This document shows positions 11,801 through 25,544 of a stretch of DNA of 64,000 bases, piece after piece (the first letter of the stretch is position 1; the number at the start of each line of letters is the position of its first letter). Origin of the DNA: Schmidtea polychroa (taxonomy: Eukaryota); the NCBI GenBank assembly GCA_044892525.1, contig CM097885.1:50470001-50534000 (forward strand). The letters are read 5' to 3'. Under the pieces are notes generated by a model. That model had not been told where the DNA came from. It saw nothing but the letters and a program-made list of their open reading frames with translations, and did no database searches. The translations under genes were made by a program, and so were the position numbers.

Positions 11801-13361
11801 CCTGCATTAAATAGGTTTCTAAAATAACAAACAGTAATTGGTAAAATATACTTCAAAAAGACCGTGCCGAAGATTTGCTATTCCATTAAATTTAATTTAA
11901 TGATCTTTTGTCTTATGAAAATTAAGGAAAAATAAATTATCCACCGTTAATAAAATAATTATTTTAGAATTAAATATAATTTCAGATAACAACGACTTTC
12001 GTTAATATAAGCTACTGCCATTATAGGAAATATGATTATAATTATGTCGCTTTTTATATTAACTATTGAATAAAATTTTTATTTACACTATTATGTCAAT
12101 TAACCGTATTAAAAAGAACGGAATTACAAATGTAGAATTACCATAAATTAAAACACCAAATAATTAAGAATTGGCACTATTTAAAGAACAATTAACAATA
12201 TTTAAATTCAAGGTCACAATAATAGATCCAAAAACCATATAAAAAATTAATTTACTCAAATTTTAGTCTTTTTTTAACACAATTACTTTAATTAAAGTTT
12301 ATATATTTTTAAAATGGAATTTGTGTGTTTCATATAATATAAGACATTTCCTAAATATCGTATCTGAAAATAGTTCGTTTATGGGAAAATAAAGAAGAAA
12401 TATGAAAATATTTGTTTAATACTTATATTTATTCTATTGATTTATAAAAAAAATAAAATTGATATTTAATACATAATAATATTTAATCACAAACTTTATT
12501 TATATTAAAAAATAATAAATATTGTAAAACAATAAAAACTTTATTATCAACCGCCTCCATTACAAAAATTGTAACATTCGTTATGAATAAATGAACTTGT
12601 AGTGGGAGTACACCTATCTGCATGGAATAATAACATCTATAATACAGGTTTGTGTGCAAATCAATAGATTACTCATAATTTGTCAGCAAGTAATTTTCTT
12701 CAAATTATGAATTTACAAAATTTCGTTTTATTGAATTTTCTATATTTTAAGGTACGTTTTAATTGTTTTTTAATACTAAAATTTGATGTATTTATATTAT
12801 TAACCACATAGTTTTTCTTTATTTATGCCTTATTGGCAAAATTGGAGAATATTCACAAAATTGTATTTTTATATTCTTACATTGATTTTTTTAAAGTGTA
12901 TCTCAAAATTTGTAAATTTCAGATAATAGAAAGTTTTGGTATTCATAAATGCTTAAAATGAAATTTGTCTTCATCATCTACTATTTTTTCTTTTCTGGGC
13001 AACTCTAGATTAGTAAGATTAAATCCAGTGAAGTTTTTGACATTGAATTCTGAATTTTAATCTTTCGTTACTTCAAAAAACACAAATTTAAAATGCTATT
13101 TTTTCATGAAGCATTTCCACATATCGAAAATTCGTGTTGCATAAAAAATTAATTTATCATAATGAAAATAAATGAAATATAAAAAAAGGTGAACAAAGAA
13201 TTAAAAGATTTTACTGAAAATTCTAAAGATTAATTTAGGAAAAATTGTTTAAAAGATTTTTGGATGTAATGTTGTTTGGATGATGATGTTGCTAATTCTA
13301 TTCGGGTTTTAAAAAACTCTACAATATTTAAAATATTATTTTCAAAAAATTGACGTTATTA

Positions 13362-14574
13362 CGTGGTGCGGAAAAAGTCTTTAGATTCATACATAAATAT
13401 AAATGGTACTGCAATGAAACTTTGTATTTACAACAAGTGAACTATATAGGTAAACGTACATATTCAATTTTCTATGTAACCCCTTTCGGCTTCCAGGTAC
13501 TTTACCCAGTAATTTACCAGTGAAACGAGACCATTTTTAAAGAAAGTGGCTTTCTTTTCATTGAGAAATCTTGCACTAGTCCCATGATATCCTCTTTATT
13601 CGCAATAACCTGTTTCTTCAAGTGATTAAACAAGAAAAAATAACTGGGAGTAAAATCAAAGCTATACGGTGGATGTAAAACCAGCAAGCCATTTTTGGCG
13701 ATTGCATCCACTGTTTGGCGAGCTTTGTGAACTGGTGCGTTGTCGTACAAAAGATAGAGGTCTTGATTTATGGGCTTCTGTCACAACATTCTTACATCAC
13801 TAACCAGTTCACAGTATAGGTGACAGTCAATGATCCCAAAACACACGAAGCATGATACATTTTCAATGAGATGTCCCTGAACGAAGCATTTTGAGTGGAG
13901 CTTTTCCTCAGAAAACAGCAATTTATGATACTCACACTTACTGTATGGAAGATAAAGACTCCATGGCATTATGTCCTCCGTTATAATATTCTTCAAAAAG
14001 TTCTGACAAAGAACATTAAAGAAAGCCAAATTTTCTTGACATGCTTGCATTTGGCTTCTGGCATCTCCACTATTAATAAACGTAGAACGAATAATTTTCT
14101 GATTTCAATAGCCTCCAATATGTTTTGCAGTCTTTTTGTTTACATTACGTGTAGTTGACAGTTCCTGTGGATAATTTGTTTCTAGTCTTTCACAATAATC
14201 TTAAATTTTTTGAATTTCTTCTTATCAATTTCCTGAAATCGTCCATTTTTTTCTTCAACAAACAGATAGGAAAACAATACTCCAATTATAAATAGTAGCC
14301 TTCCATCATGCTTCATTTCCATATGTTTCGTGCAGCTGATAAATGATGCCCTTTTTTCTTTCTTCCTCAAAAGCAAAAAGCAAATAACGCTGTGAAATTC
14401 GACTTGTTGGTATATTTTTTAAAAACGCACAATAAATAATGTCAATAAATGTTCATTAGGTAAAATAAATTCAATAATATTTACATATAGATATTTATTG
14501 TTTTGTATTTAAAATTTCATGGATTTATTAATTTCATTTCTGTGCGAGTCTAAGGACCTTTTACCCAAACCATG
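13362..14574 (-). mobile_element. Degenerate full-length mariner element
   Basis: TA TSDs; diverged ~35-bp TIRs; 1.2 kb; YDNAPVH and HPPYSFDFTPSYFFLF motifs (cf. HDNARPH and YSPDLAPSD); frameshifted. Confidence 0.85.
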
Positions 14575-14625
14575 TAATTTAATAAATATTTATTTACAAG
14601 ATATTAAATAATATAAGCATTGTAC

Positions 14626-14887
14626 TTGATGGTCAACATGACTGAAGCTCACAACTGCAGAATTCTTTTCTGTGTCCAATACATCAATGGCAGTGTCACT
14701 TTGTATAAGAACATTATCAATTGAAACGGGACATTCAATCGACAAAATATAGGCAGCTTCTTGAGGCGACAGCGTGAACTTTTCATTCATATTTAACATA
14801 TTTCCAGCTGAAACATTACCAGGAATACAATTATTTGAGTCCTTTTGCTTCACTGCTAATTTTGCAGTAAGTTCTGATATTTCTTTT
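14626..14887 (-). CDS. BBS7: BBS7 exon 9
   Basis: Phase 2/0; IDNVLIQSDTAIDVLDTEKNSAVVSFS. Confidence 0.93.
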
Positions 14888-15690
14888 CTAAAAATAAATA
14901 ACAAAATGTCTTTATATGGACAGCAATGGATTAAAAAATCAATCTTGATCAAAGGGTCCGTATATATGATAGTAAAAACATATTTAAAAACACAACAATT
15001 TAATTTTTTTCACTTTTAATCTGTTATTTACGATTTCGTTTAACTTCATTCTTTCAAACCAAAAAAAATGTATTAAATAGAAAAGACATAAGTTGGTAAT
15101 ATACGAAACTGTTGGAATTATTGAAAGTTGAACAAACTGAAGTTACTTGTTTTTATGAAGTCATGTTAGAAAATTTACAAATAAAGATATATATTACATC
15201 TTTTTGATTTACATTTTCGCTTAATAAATATCCTCATTTAAATGGTGATTAGCAATGACAAAGTAAACATTATGTAAAGCGTTTGACCAATTATTGTTTT
15301 AATAAACATATTTGTTTTAGTTATAAAACGAAAGAAGTAGTTATTTTTAAATTTTAGAGTAGCTTCATTTTCCGTTAAACACGAATATGCTTAAAATGAC
15401 ATTTTTAAAAACTCAACGTTCGTTTTACACAGGCAGTATTAATTTTTGTAGAAATTGAAAAGCTGATGTATTGCAACTTATTATTTTTATAAATAAAAGC
15501 TATTAAAATTAAATTAAAATATTTAATTTAACTCTAAGCACTTAAAATTCAAAATTTCATAATATTCCAGGCAGAGTAGATAATTTTTTAAGTCGACCAT
15601 TAATTATTTTTTTAATTATTTATTTAAATAACAAATTTTGCAATCTACAGATCCCCTGAAATATTTAAACCATTTATTTTGAGAATTCTG

Positions 15691-15795
<105 letters not shown>

Positions 15796-16331
15796 TTAGG
15801 AGTTTTCAGGTTTTCAGCTGGGATAGCATAGATCCCAGTAGTATGTTATGGTAGGGATATTTTTATCCCAGCAGTAAACATTGGCATGCAAATAAAAAAA
15901 TGTTTGTGATATAAAATATCCCATGAGTCTTGTAAGGGTTAAGGAAGAGGAATAAATAAAAAAATTATTTTCATCCTTTTATCTAACTGCATTGTTACCA
16001 TTACAGTATTTAAGAACGTATAAATATCGCTAAACGATCTATTATTGTACGTTTACCGATTATGATTAAATCCAAAAATATGAGTAAAATTCTTTCATAT
16101 TCTCCTCTTTTGATCTATTTTCTTCATATCAGATTAGAGATAAATAATTTGTATTATATATAATACGAATTTTCAGCAAACATTGATGAGTAATTATATA
16201 ATTAAAGAATAAATTATTCAAAAATCAAGATTGTAGTCTAAAATAGTGGGAAAATTTTTCCAAATAAATTTTCATGTTTTATTAATAGAAAATTATTAAA
16301 TATATTCTGAAAGTAATTTTATATTGCTTAC

Positions 16332-16434
16332 TTTATTTCCTCTAATTTTATGATAAGATCAGGATCGTCTGCAACGTTTCCTAGATTGTCAATTGATTTA
16401 ACACTTGTTTCGGTTGTAAGTCCAATAACCCAAC
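16332..16434 (-). CDS. BBS7: BBS7 exon 8
   Basis: Phase 1/2; GWVIGLTTETS... Confidence 0.88.
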
Positions 16435-16586
16435 CTATTTTAATGTATATTTATGAATGCCAATAAATATTTCAGATATTATTTAATGTCATTTTCCTTC
16501 ATTTAAATTAAAGTAATTTTTATTTTATTTTAAATTTTGAATACCAGCAATTATTTTTAAAATCTAACGAAAAGCACCAAATCCAA

Positions 16587-17457
16587 TATATATATTTTAC
16601 TACAATATATTTAGACAGAATCACTATCATCTTCAGGTAGAATTGAAAATCAAACTAAATCAGAAATTAAACAGTATTTTGTAAATTTTTGGCGAAATTA
16701 ATTTTAAAAAATTAATGAATTAGTTAATTAGTTTTGTATTGTACTGTTATATATTTTATTTATTTTTAAACAAGGTTTTGCGACGCCTTGTCATTTTATC
16801 GAGGGTAGGCCGCAATGGCAAACGAATAAAAAATACTATATAGCGAAAAAAATCGAAAAAAATAAGAAAAATCGATAGAAACAAATTAAGTTAGAAACTT
16901 AAAGAATATAAGAAATTAAAAACCAATTGAATCTGGAAATACGAAGCCTTTTGGACAATCTAATTACTCCAACTTTCAAAACAATATATTGAAATTATCT
17001 TCACTTAGAAGACAGTAACGGTAACTCTATACGTAAATAATAACCAGAGGAAATACCAATAACCAATCAGTTGAACCTTGGCAACAAAGTGCGTGTTATT
17101 ATTATTAAATTTTTTTATTATTTAAATAAAAGTTGTTATTGTTTGATTATTATCCATTTTTATTTGTGTTAGGTAAGTACGCACCCCGATTGTCCCGCCA
17201 CAATTTTTAACGGAGACTCAGTCGGGTTCATCAAATTTCTTAACAGTCACACACACTCATCAACACAAATATAATACAGTCAATATATAACACTAATATA
17301 TTACATTATATATAACACTATATATTACATAATACCACATACAACCATAATAAGTTTGTTTAAAAAAAGAGCAATTTATATTGATTTAGTTTGATTTTCA
17401 ATTCTACCTGAAGGTGACAGTGATTCTGTCGAAATATATTGTAGTAAAATATATATT
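16587..17457. mobile_element. Non-coding unit bounded by ~75-bp inverted repeats, each containing a Penelope-type hammerhead motif
   Basis: 16587-16662 is the inverse of 17382-17457; right arm CTAC-CTGAAGG-T-GACAG/CTGTC-GAAA-TATATT-GTAG. Confidence 0.65.
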
Positions 17458-17581
17458 TAGAGATTGTTTAGAATATTTTTAAAATATTAATATTTTTAGT
17501 ATACTTTTGAATTTACGAAAAACAAGTGAAATATTGAATTGTAACTCTCTTTCACATTTAAATGCACTAGATGGGCTTTTA

Positions 17582-17669
<88 letters not shown>

Positions 17670-17674
<5 letters not shown>

Positions 17675-17960
17675 ATTATTCGAATCTGCATGATATCTCA
17701 TACGCTATGGAATTTGAAAATCTTATTGCGTCTCCAAGTACAATTTTTAAAATTATTTTAGATTACGTTAATGAAATAGTAAATTCTGTTAAAACTGATA
17801 TCTGTCTCTTTGATCACAAATGGAGTCGATGTATGACAAAATCGGAAAGTTATTATCAGTACATCATCAATTATGCTTGGCACACGTGATATTTATAAAA
17901 GAAGTTAGAAGAAAACTAAATCAGAAAAAGGTACGCAATAAGTGTTACCTGTTATAAGAC
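17670..17960 (+). pseudogene. Probable hAT transposase relic
   Basis: Fragments CMISH and ILDYVNEIVNSVK resemble the hAT CxxH...VVKIVNxIK segment; broken frames. Confidence 0.4.
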
Positions 17961-19069
17961 AAAATAAATCAAATTAATGATGTAAATGAATGACTAAAAT
18001 TAGAAAAAATTGACGTTGTATATGGAATTCAACATAGACTTATACCGAAAACAGAAATTGTAATAAATGGATTTTCGAAGCTACCCCATTTATTCTCGAT
18101 CATAGGAAAGCTGAAATAGTTAACAAAAAAGGATAGATTGACTCGAAATACAAGAAATAAATGCATAAAAGATCCAATTTAACGAAAATATTGTAATAAA
18201 TATACAGGAAACAACTAAAATTAACATTGACTTTGATGTTAGTGAACGGAATTGTGTGTTTTTGTTCTTATTACCGTATTTGGACTGGTATATTATTTGT
18301 ATAAAGTTGTTGAGTAAAAGATTGTGTATTCTATTGTTTAAGATGGTCTCTGAATCGTGTCGTTTGTGCTTGGTGTTAATTAGGGCATAGCCTATTGTCA
18401 TTTTCCGCCAATTCCGGATTTAGGATTTTGGAATTTGCCGATTCCGGATATATCCGGATAGACCCAGTTAAACATAGTTACATCAATTTGTATTTTAATA
18501 TTAATTGTAGATGTTTTGTTTGTTTAAAGGTCGCTGGATAGAAGCCTAGAAGCTAGAATGATGACCAAATCAAATTGACAAGAAAACCAAGAGGAAGCAA
18601 TCACTGTCTTTTTTTATAAAAATGTGACAACATTACTCGACAATCGTTAAACTGAAATTACGAACTTGTTTTGAGTTTACAGTTTGTTGTTTAACATTGT
18701 TATTTAATGAATGTTTAACATCTACGGATGTGTTGTTTATGTTTATATCTGCTAAATACATGGCCGTCCGTTTTAGGCCGTACCCCACCCCCTTTGGTGC
18801 GGACTCTTAAATGGATAGTCTTATTATTGTTTTATTATTTGATTATAACTAATTAATGACTGATAATTACAATTTATTCTGCATTATAATGAACGTTTTC
18901 AATTTTCACCTCTGATTTTTTTTCAATTGACATTGTATTTATTAAAAAAATCGACTATGAATCATGTCTCATTGATTCATAGTCAATTTTTTAATAAATA
19001 CAATTTATTCTGCATTTCGATTTTGGGATTTTTAAAGAAATTTAATATTTCAATTAAAGAAATAAATAC

Positions 19070-19154
19070 CCGAATATGTGGTACAAATTATTTCTGAATA
19101 GTTAGCATTTCCGAATTTACCGCCATGAATTGATGTTATTGTTTGATTGAGATT
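19070..19154 (-). CDS. BBS7: BBS7 exon 7
   Basis: Phase 0/1; NLNQTITSIHGGKFGNANYSEIICTTYSG. Confidence 0.9.
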
Positions 19155-19206
19155 CTAAATTTTCATGGATCAAAATTCCAAATAAGGATAAAATTTAATG
19201 ACAAAC

Positions 19207-19387
19207 AGTTTCAAAAATTAGAAAGGGCTCTTCATAATCAGTGATATGATAAATTTCAACTTGACCATCTTCTCTGCCAATTAGCATTTCACTTAATCCA
19301 TCTCCTGTTATATCATAAAAGTTGATGCAGGACACTGATCCAGCTTCGTTTTCTGGTGATATTTCCCATTTATGAAATGGTTTATCA
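19207..19387 (-). CDS. BBS7: BBS7 exon 6
   Basis: Phase 2/0; KWEI...YDITGDGLSEMLIGREDGQVEIY. Confidence 0.92.
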
Positions 19388-19502
19388 CTGAACGTGAAAA
19401 AAATCACGTGAAGATCAAAATATATTTTATAATGTACGATACAAGATATTCATTTGAGGTTAATAAGTTAAATAGTTGTGGTTTTGAATTAAATTAATGG
19501 CT

Positions 19503-20279
19503 GGGTATTTTTCTCACACAAATTTTATTTTATTTACATAAAATTACTTCATCACACCCAAATTTTATTTTCGACACTTAAATTTAGAAAGTGTCTTTAT
19601 ATTGACACACAATTTTACTACAAGCCACACAAATTTAGAAGGTTATTAATATCAATCGTTCCGAGGGTTTTATGCAAGATCTTGCGCTCTAACGTTAATT
19701 ACTGTCTTAAATTTTATAAACGAGTGACAATATTCTGAATGAATGCATAAAAAAATAAATTAGCCTTGTTAAATTAGTATTAGCCTTTACTTTCTTCGGC
19801 CTACCACTCTTTTTTCTTTCACTAAACAGGGTCACATTGATTAAAGCCAACTTTCCTTTCTCTTTCAGATATTTGGTCTTTTTTTTTGGTTTTAACAAAA
19901 TTCCAGCAAGAAAAGATAACAGCTTTCCAACTTTCAAATCCATGATTGACTTTTAGTATAATATTTTCTGCATAAAATTCCTTGAACGAGTTGAATCTGT
20001 CTAAATTGGACATGATCTTGTTTCTCTTGTTCTCTAACAACTCACTGTCGAAATCAGCTGGCACAAATGTTAAATACTCAATCCTTTCTTCTCACTTAAA
20101 TTAGTTGTTTCCAATATCAATTCAATTTAATTAAATTTATAAAATTTAAGGTAGTCATTAACGATGTTAAAGCACTTTCTTAATTTGTGTGCCCAGTAGT
20201 AAAATAGTGTGTCGATATAAAGGCATTTTCTAAATTTAAATGTCGAAAAAAAAATTTCTGTGCGAATATATTTTTATCC
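19503..20279 (-). mobile_element. Probable MULE-like deletion derivative with long imperfect TIRs
   Basis: ~19560-19640 is the inverse of ~20175-20257; internal fragments include RKKSGRPKK. Confidence 0.45.
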
Positions 20280-20562
20280 TTAAAATTAATTTAATATCAG
20301 TTTTGCCTAATTTATAAAAATGAATATGGAAGTTGATGATGTTGTTAATATTGGTCAAGCATCTAACAATTACATCAGCATTAATAAACATGTGATAATT
20401 CATTCAATTAGAATATTTAGTATTTTCGATAATCAAATGTTCTATTGATGGGAGTGTATAGGTCATCAAATATAGATGTAGTTAAAGCCATGGAATTATT
20501 TCTTATTCAATTCAACCTTTACTATAAATCCACCCTCACATGTATTTTAGAAATAACAACAC

Positions 20563-21110
20563 TCAAGTTTTCAGTTTCCATCTTTTTCTTAAAATTGTTG
20601 TAACGGTTTTTTCGTCTTGTGATTTCACTGCATGTAGTGCCACATATTTACTAAAACTATCGATAATTCCTATATATCTCATTCCATACTGACTTTGTTT
20701 TAGTGGACCACAAAAATCTATAAATATTGTTTCAAATAAACCTGGTTCCGGCATTTTGCAAATTTTTATTTACAAAATGTTGGAAAAAGTATAAATTTAT
20801 GAAATCGGTTCATTAATCCTACTCCTATAAATAAAGTCCTAATTTTAATAGAATATAGCCAAGCTTACCTGGAACAAGATGAATGTATTATGAAATCAAT
20901 AGATCGAACTCAGAAAATATTCGTTTCGTAAAGAAAGGTTTCTTTAATTTTCTATTATGTACTGTAGCAGGAGATTTGCATTGTAGAGTCTTACAGTAAT
21001 CTGCGATCATATGGTTATCCAAACTGCTGTGATATCTCTTTTACATTGTCTTGAAATTCAAAAGGAATCTTTATTTTTGTTCTTCAGTGTCATGACTTAT
21101 ATTCTATAAA
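20563..21110 (-). pseudogene. Gypsy integrase relic
   Basis: FETIFIDFCGPL...IIDSFSKYV integrase core start. Confidence 0.7.
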
Positions 21111-21224
21111 AAAATACTCAAAGTAACTGAAGAAAGTGTATCTTAGGCTCATTTTGAATCCAAGATTTTTAAATTGAGAACATGTTTTTAACAACTGCTA
21201 CGTAACTGTATCAAGCAGATGCAT

Positions 21225-21560
21225 CACCAAAAATCATGGAAGTAATGAAGTCGGGATCACTAATGAGCTTGAAAATTTGAGAACCGTTGAAAAATCCTGC
21301 CTTCAATTTTTCATGGCTCAGCCCAGGGAATGTTTTACATACGTATTTGAAGCCGTCACCATCCTTTTTTCAAAGCCTTCATGAACTGCTTAAGCAAACA
21401 AAATTTGACGGGAAGCGGTGGGAAATTCTTCTTATTAAACTTTTATGCTAAAAGTTTAGATACCTCCTTCGATAACCCAAGATCTCGTACAAAGTCATTA
21501 ACCTCACTTTGGGAGAATGGCTGAGATAAAGAGCTACCTTAATATTCGATTCCATTAACA
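21225..21560 (-). pseudogene. Chapaev3-like (CMC) transposase relic
   Basis: Hand translation gives QPFSQSEVNDFVRDLGLSKE and LKQFMKAL...FPGLSHEKLKAGFFNGSQI; family assigned from recalled motifs. Confidence 0.6.
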
Positions 21561-22066
21561 TTGTCTGTGCTAATCACGTTTTCCTTCTGCTTTTACCCTG
21601 TTGTTATCAAGCCAGAAGATGAAGATATCTTGAGGGTTATCACATCTTTTAACACAATTTAAAGAACAAAGCGAACAGTATCTTGAGTAATTATTGCGAA
21701 GTAAGCAATTTGACAAAACCCTATTCGAAAGAATTAAGAACCGGTTTTACAAAATTAGAAAATCCCTGATGCTCATTCACACAAATTAGTGCCAACAAAA
21801 TGAGTCCAACACAATAATTTTGATAATGTTCCATAATTCAATATAAATAAACTTTGGAAAAAATATTTTTTTTGGGAAAAAATTTATTGTTTTCATGCCA
21901 TAAAAATAAGAGAAAAAATGGGTATGTTAGTCATTGGTAAAGAAATTATATTTAAAAATATTCTAATAAATTAGCTACTAAAATAGTAAAAGAAAATTAT
22001 GTTCTTACAAGAAATTATGTTCTTTACAAATTATTTAAATTTACTTTGAATAAATTGTAATATTAA

Positions 22067-22251
22067 CCCTATACGGACGGTAGGCCAGTAATACTGGTCG
22101 CGAATTTAGTTCCAGACGTTCAACAATGTATAATGGCCAGCTGTGCTAGCCAAACTTTGAAAAAATCATACCACGATATGGGACAGTCGTATACTAAAAA
22201 ATTTTATACTAAAAAATACTACTTATTAAAATTAATTTCGTCCGCAAACGG
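22067..22251. mobile_element. piggyBac-type MITE (CCGTTTGCGGACG family)
   Basis: TTAA TSDs; inverted homolog of 34893-35071. Confidence 0.8.
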
Positions 22252-23559
22252 TTAAATAAGTTGCCGCAATTTTTACTAATTTTAATATTTTTTGTCGCTT
22301 CTTTAATTTTTTCATTTTTGAATGAATTTAATAAATCTTAATAAAAATAGTAAAAAGTATATTTATTTAAAATAGCTAAAATATCTCAGTTTCTTCTATA
22401 TCTATTTGTGTATTTGTTTATTTTTTATAACTTTAAAAATTAGAATTGCACAAAATAATTGTAGGAACCTTATTCGGGGAAAAGTAGTGTTTGATGTTTT
22501 CGAAAATCCCATATGCTGCAAATAAATCTGTTTATGTTACAAATAAAAAAATAGAATTCTATACACAATATATTTTTATACATACACAAAATAAACAGTC
22601 GATTTGCGACATTTCTTTAAATTGTAAAAATATTAGAAAAATTATATATGAAGATAAATTTCAATATATATCTTATATTATCTCTATTAATAGCTGGATA
22701 ACAATTTAATGAGAGATGTAAATTCGGTTTTTTATTTTATTATTGAATATAGTCGATAAAATAAAAACTAAAGAAAAGAACTTGGCAAAACAGAAGCAAT
22801 AAAACGTTTACTTATATATCTATTTACATTCTTAGTATAGCAGTGATTTGGATCCTCTATTGCGTGTTGTATAATTAGTTTACTGTTTTAGATTGCTCAC
22901 GGCTGACTGCATTGGTGTTTGGTAAACATTTGTATACATGTATACATTATCAATACATCTTTTGAAATAATGATTGATGTTGGTCGTAAATCTATTATTT
23001 AAGATAACATCGTATTTAATAAGTCAGAGTTAATTCTAGATTCTAATCTTAAGTTTAAATTGATTAAATGATACAAAGATATGTAATCTTCCTGTTGTTA
23101 TTTAATAAGAAAAAAAGCTTATAGAAAAAAGTTGTTAGACTTAGATTAATTTCAAGAAATGCTAGTCTGAAGAAAAGATTAAATAGTTTAGTTTGTGTAA
23201 TAAATTTTGGATTTTGTCATAAATTTTGGGAAAAAATAAAGAATTAAAGTGATTCAATAACAAATTTTTGTAGTGAAATGATTGTTGATAATGATTGTTG
23301 ATATAATGGATTATGTGGGTTATAATTAAGCTATCCCGATAAGTCTTCAGCGATTGCTTTTATTTCTAAAATTATAAGATTCATTGCTCATGAATCAAAT
23401 AAACTAATAAACTGATAGATAAAATAGTTATTTCATTGGACACATACAATAAAAAGTCCAATAATAAATTGAATGTTACCTGTCGAAATCGTAATCTATT
23501 CCGTCGCAAAACCAAATATTTAATGAATTATTTAACGAAATAAAAACATTAAAAATCAC

Positions 23560-24191
23560 CAAGCCCGCCGAAAGGGGACAGGGGATGCAAATGCCCAGGG
23601 GCCGGGGTTCGATTTGTTATGTATTTAAATATAATATTACTGACATTTAAGTTGACATAACTACAATCAGTTTAAAGTTCAAGCATCTGAATTCCATCAG
23701 AATAAATTGAACAAACATCAACAAGTAGTTGGATCAACATCAGTATTAATGTTCAAAAGTAAACTAAATAAAGTTTTCAGTTTTATTAATGCTGGAATTA
23801 AAAACTGTTATATTTACTAACCATGATTACTGAAACTGAAACCATGCGTATCATTTGTGTACCATAGAACACACCCTCGGGTCACTACGTCAAATAAAAC
23901 GTCATCTGCTATTTTATGCGTAGTACGATTAACAATTTTAATAATATTATTGAAATATTAATAATATTAAAATTATAAAAACATTTTCGTTTGTAACTAT
24001 GGAACTTGGTAGTCGCACATTATTTCAATTTGGAATCTCAAAATATGACAAATCACCCCCCCCTTTAGTCCTGTTCCGACTTCCAGTTCATTTTTGATGA
24101 ATACATCGCTGATAAAGCCAACGGATGAAATTGTTTAGGGGCCCATGAAATGCTCTGCCTAGGAGGCCCGGAATTGCTGTCAGTGGGCCTG
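23560..24191. mobile_element. Non-autonomous hAT-type element
   Basis: Perfect 8-bp TSD aaaatcac; imperfect TIRs CAAGCCCGCCGA / TCAGTGGGCCTG. Confidence 0.8.
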
Positions 24192-24568
24192 AAAATCACC
24201 AATAGTAAACAATGGTAAAAAAATACCAGATTTAATACTTTTCAAAATATAACACATTATTATGCTTCCATTGCAATACAATTCAAAGTTAATAATTTGT
24301 TGATTTTTTATTATAAACGTGAAGGAAATTTTTAAAATTAAAATATATCTGATAAAAATGAATTAAATATATAAAAAAATATTTTTTAAATATCAAAATG
24401 GAATTTAAAATGAAAAATATTTAAAATTTAAACCACTAATAAAGTGTTTCTTTTTGTTTTATATAGACAAATAAATGTAAATTTTTGCATTTATTTCTGG
24501 TAAATATTTATCATATTAATGAAGTTAAAAAAGAATTATTTAATCATTAGTAATATAAAATATATTAC

Positions 24569-24708
24569 TCATCAATTATAACCAATCCAATTTTCCCATC
24601 AACTGTCCCATAAACAATTTCATTCCCATTCAAACCACCATCGTTGGAATTAAGGCATAAAACATTAGGTGGACCACCAATTTCTAGTTCATATTTTATT
24701 TCAGAGTT
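24569..24708 (-). CDS. BBS7: BBS7 exon 5
   Basis: Phase 0/2; NSEIKYELEIGGPPNVL...EIVYGTVDGKIGLV. Confidence 0.92.
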
Positions 24709-24758
24709 CTAGAAAAATATTCTAATTATTCTTAGCTATATCATACAACTATTCAGAC

Positions 24759-24945
24759 TTTCAAAATACGTAAAACTCGATCTCTGCAAGCGAGAATTGG
24801 TATAACCTCTTTGTTTTTGCTTAACGGTAAGCATATCATTGCATTAATTTGATCAGGACATAGGAGGTAATCTCGATCTTCCAAATTCACATATCTTTGA
24901 TAGATATATTTACTTGTAACAAACAAATTGACATCTTCCACGTAC
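24759..24945 (-). CDS. BBS7: BBS7 exon 4
   Basis: Phase 2/0; YLLCPDQINAMICLP...PILACRDRVLRILK. Confidence 0.92.
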
Positions 24946-25048
24946 CTATTTATTCATGTCATCATCTTATTCCAGTAAATAATAAAAATATTTAATCAAA
25001 TAATATTTTTATTTATCACTAATATTACTATTATTATTATTATTATTA

Positions 25049-25145
<97 letters not shown>

Positions 25146-25177
25146 ATGATGATTGCTTGGTAGCAGCATTTATTATT

Positions 25178-25346
25178 TAAAACAATAAAATGATAATTTA
25201 AGCCTTTTGCTGCAAATAATGTATTTAATGAAAGAATTTTCGACTATACGATAGTCCTTGTCAATTGACAAGGACTATCGTATAGTCGAAAATTCTTTCA
25301 TTAAATACATTATTTGCAGCAAAAGGCTTAAATTATCATTTTATTG

Positions 25347-25351
<5 letters not shown>
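25178..25351. repeat. Perfect 174-bp palindrome embedded in (ATT)n
   Basis: 87-bp arms with no spacer, centre CAA|TTG; same family at 1910-1996 and 54625-54826. Confidence 0.9.
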
Positions 25352-25423
<72 letters not shown>

Positions 25424-25544
25424 TAATTTTTATAATTGTATTATTTTTATAATTGTATTATTTTTATTATTATTATTATTATTATTTTTATTATTGTTAT
25501 TATTATTATTATTTTTTTCATAATTATTATTATTATTGAATAAA

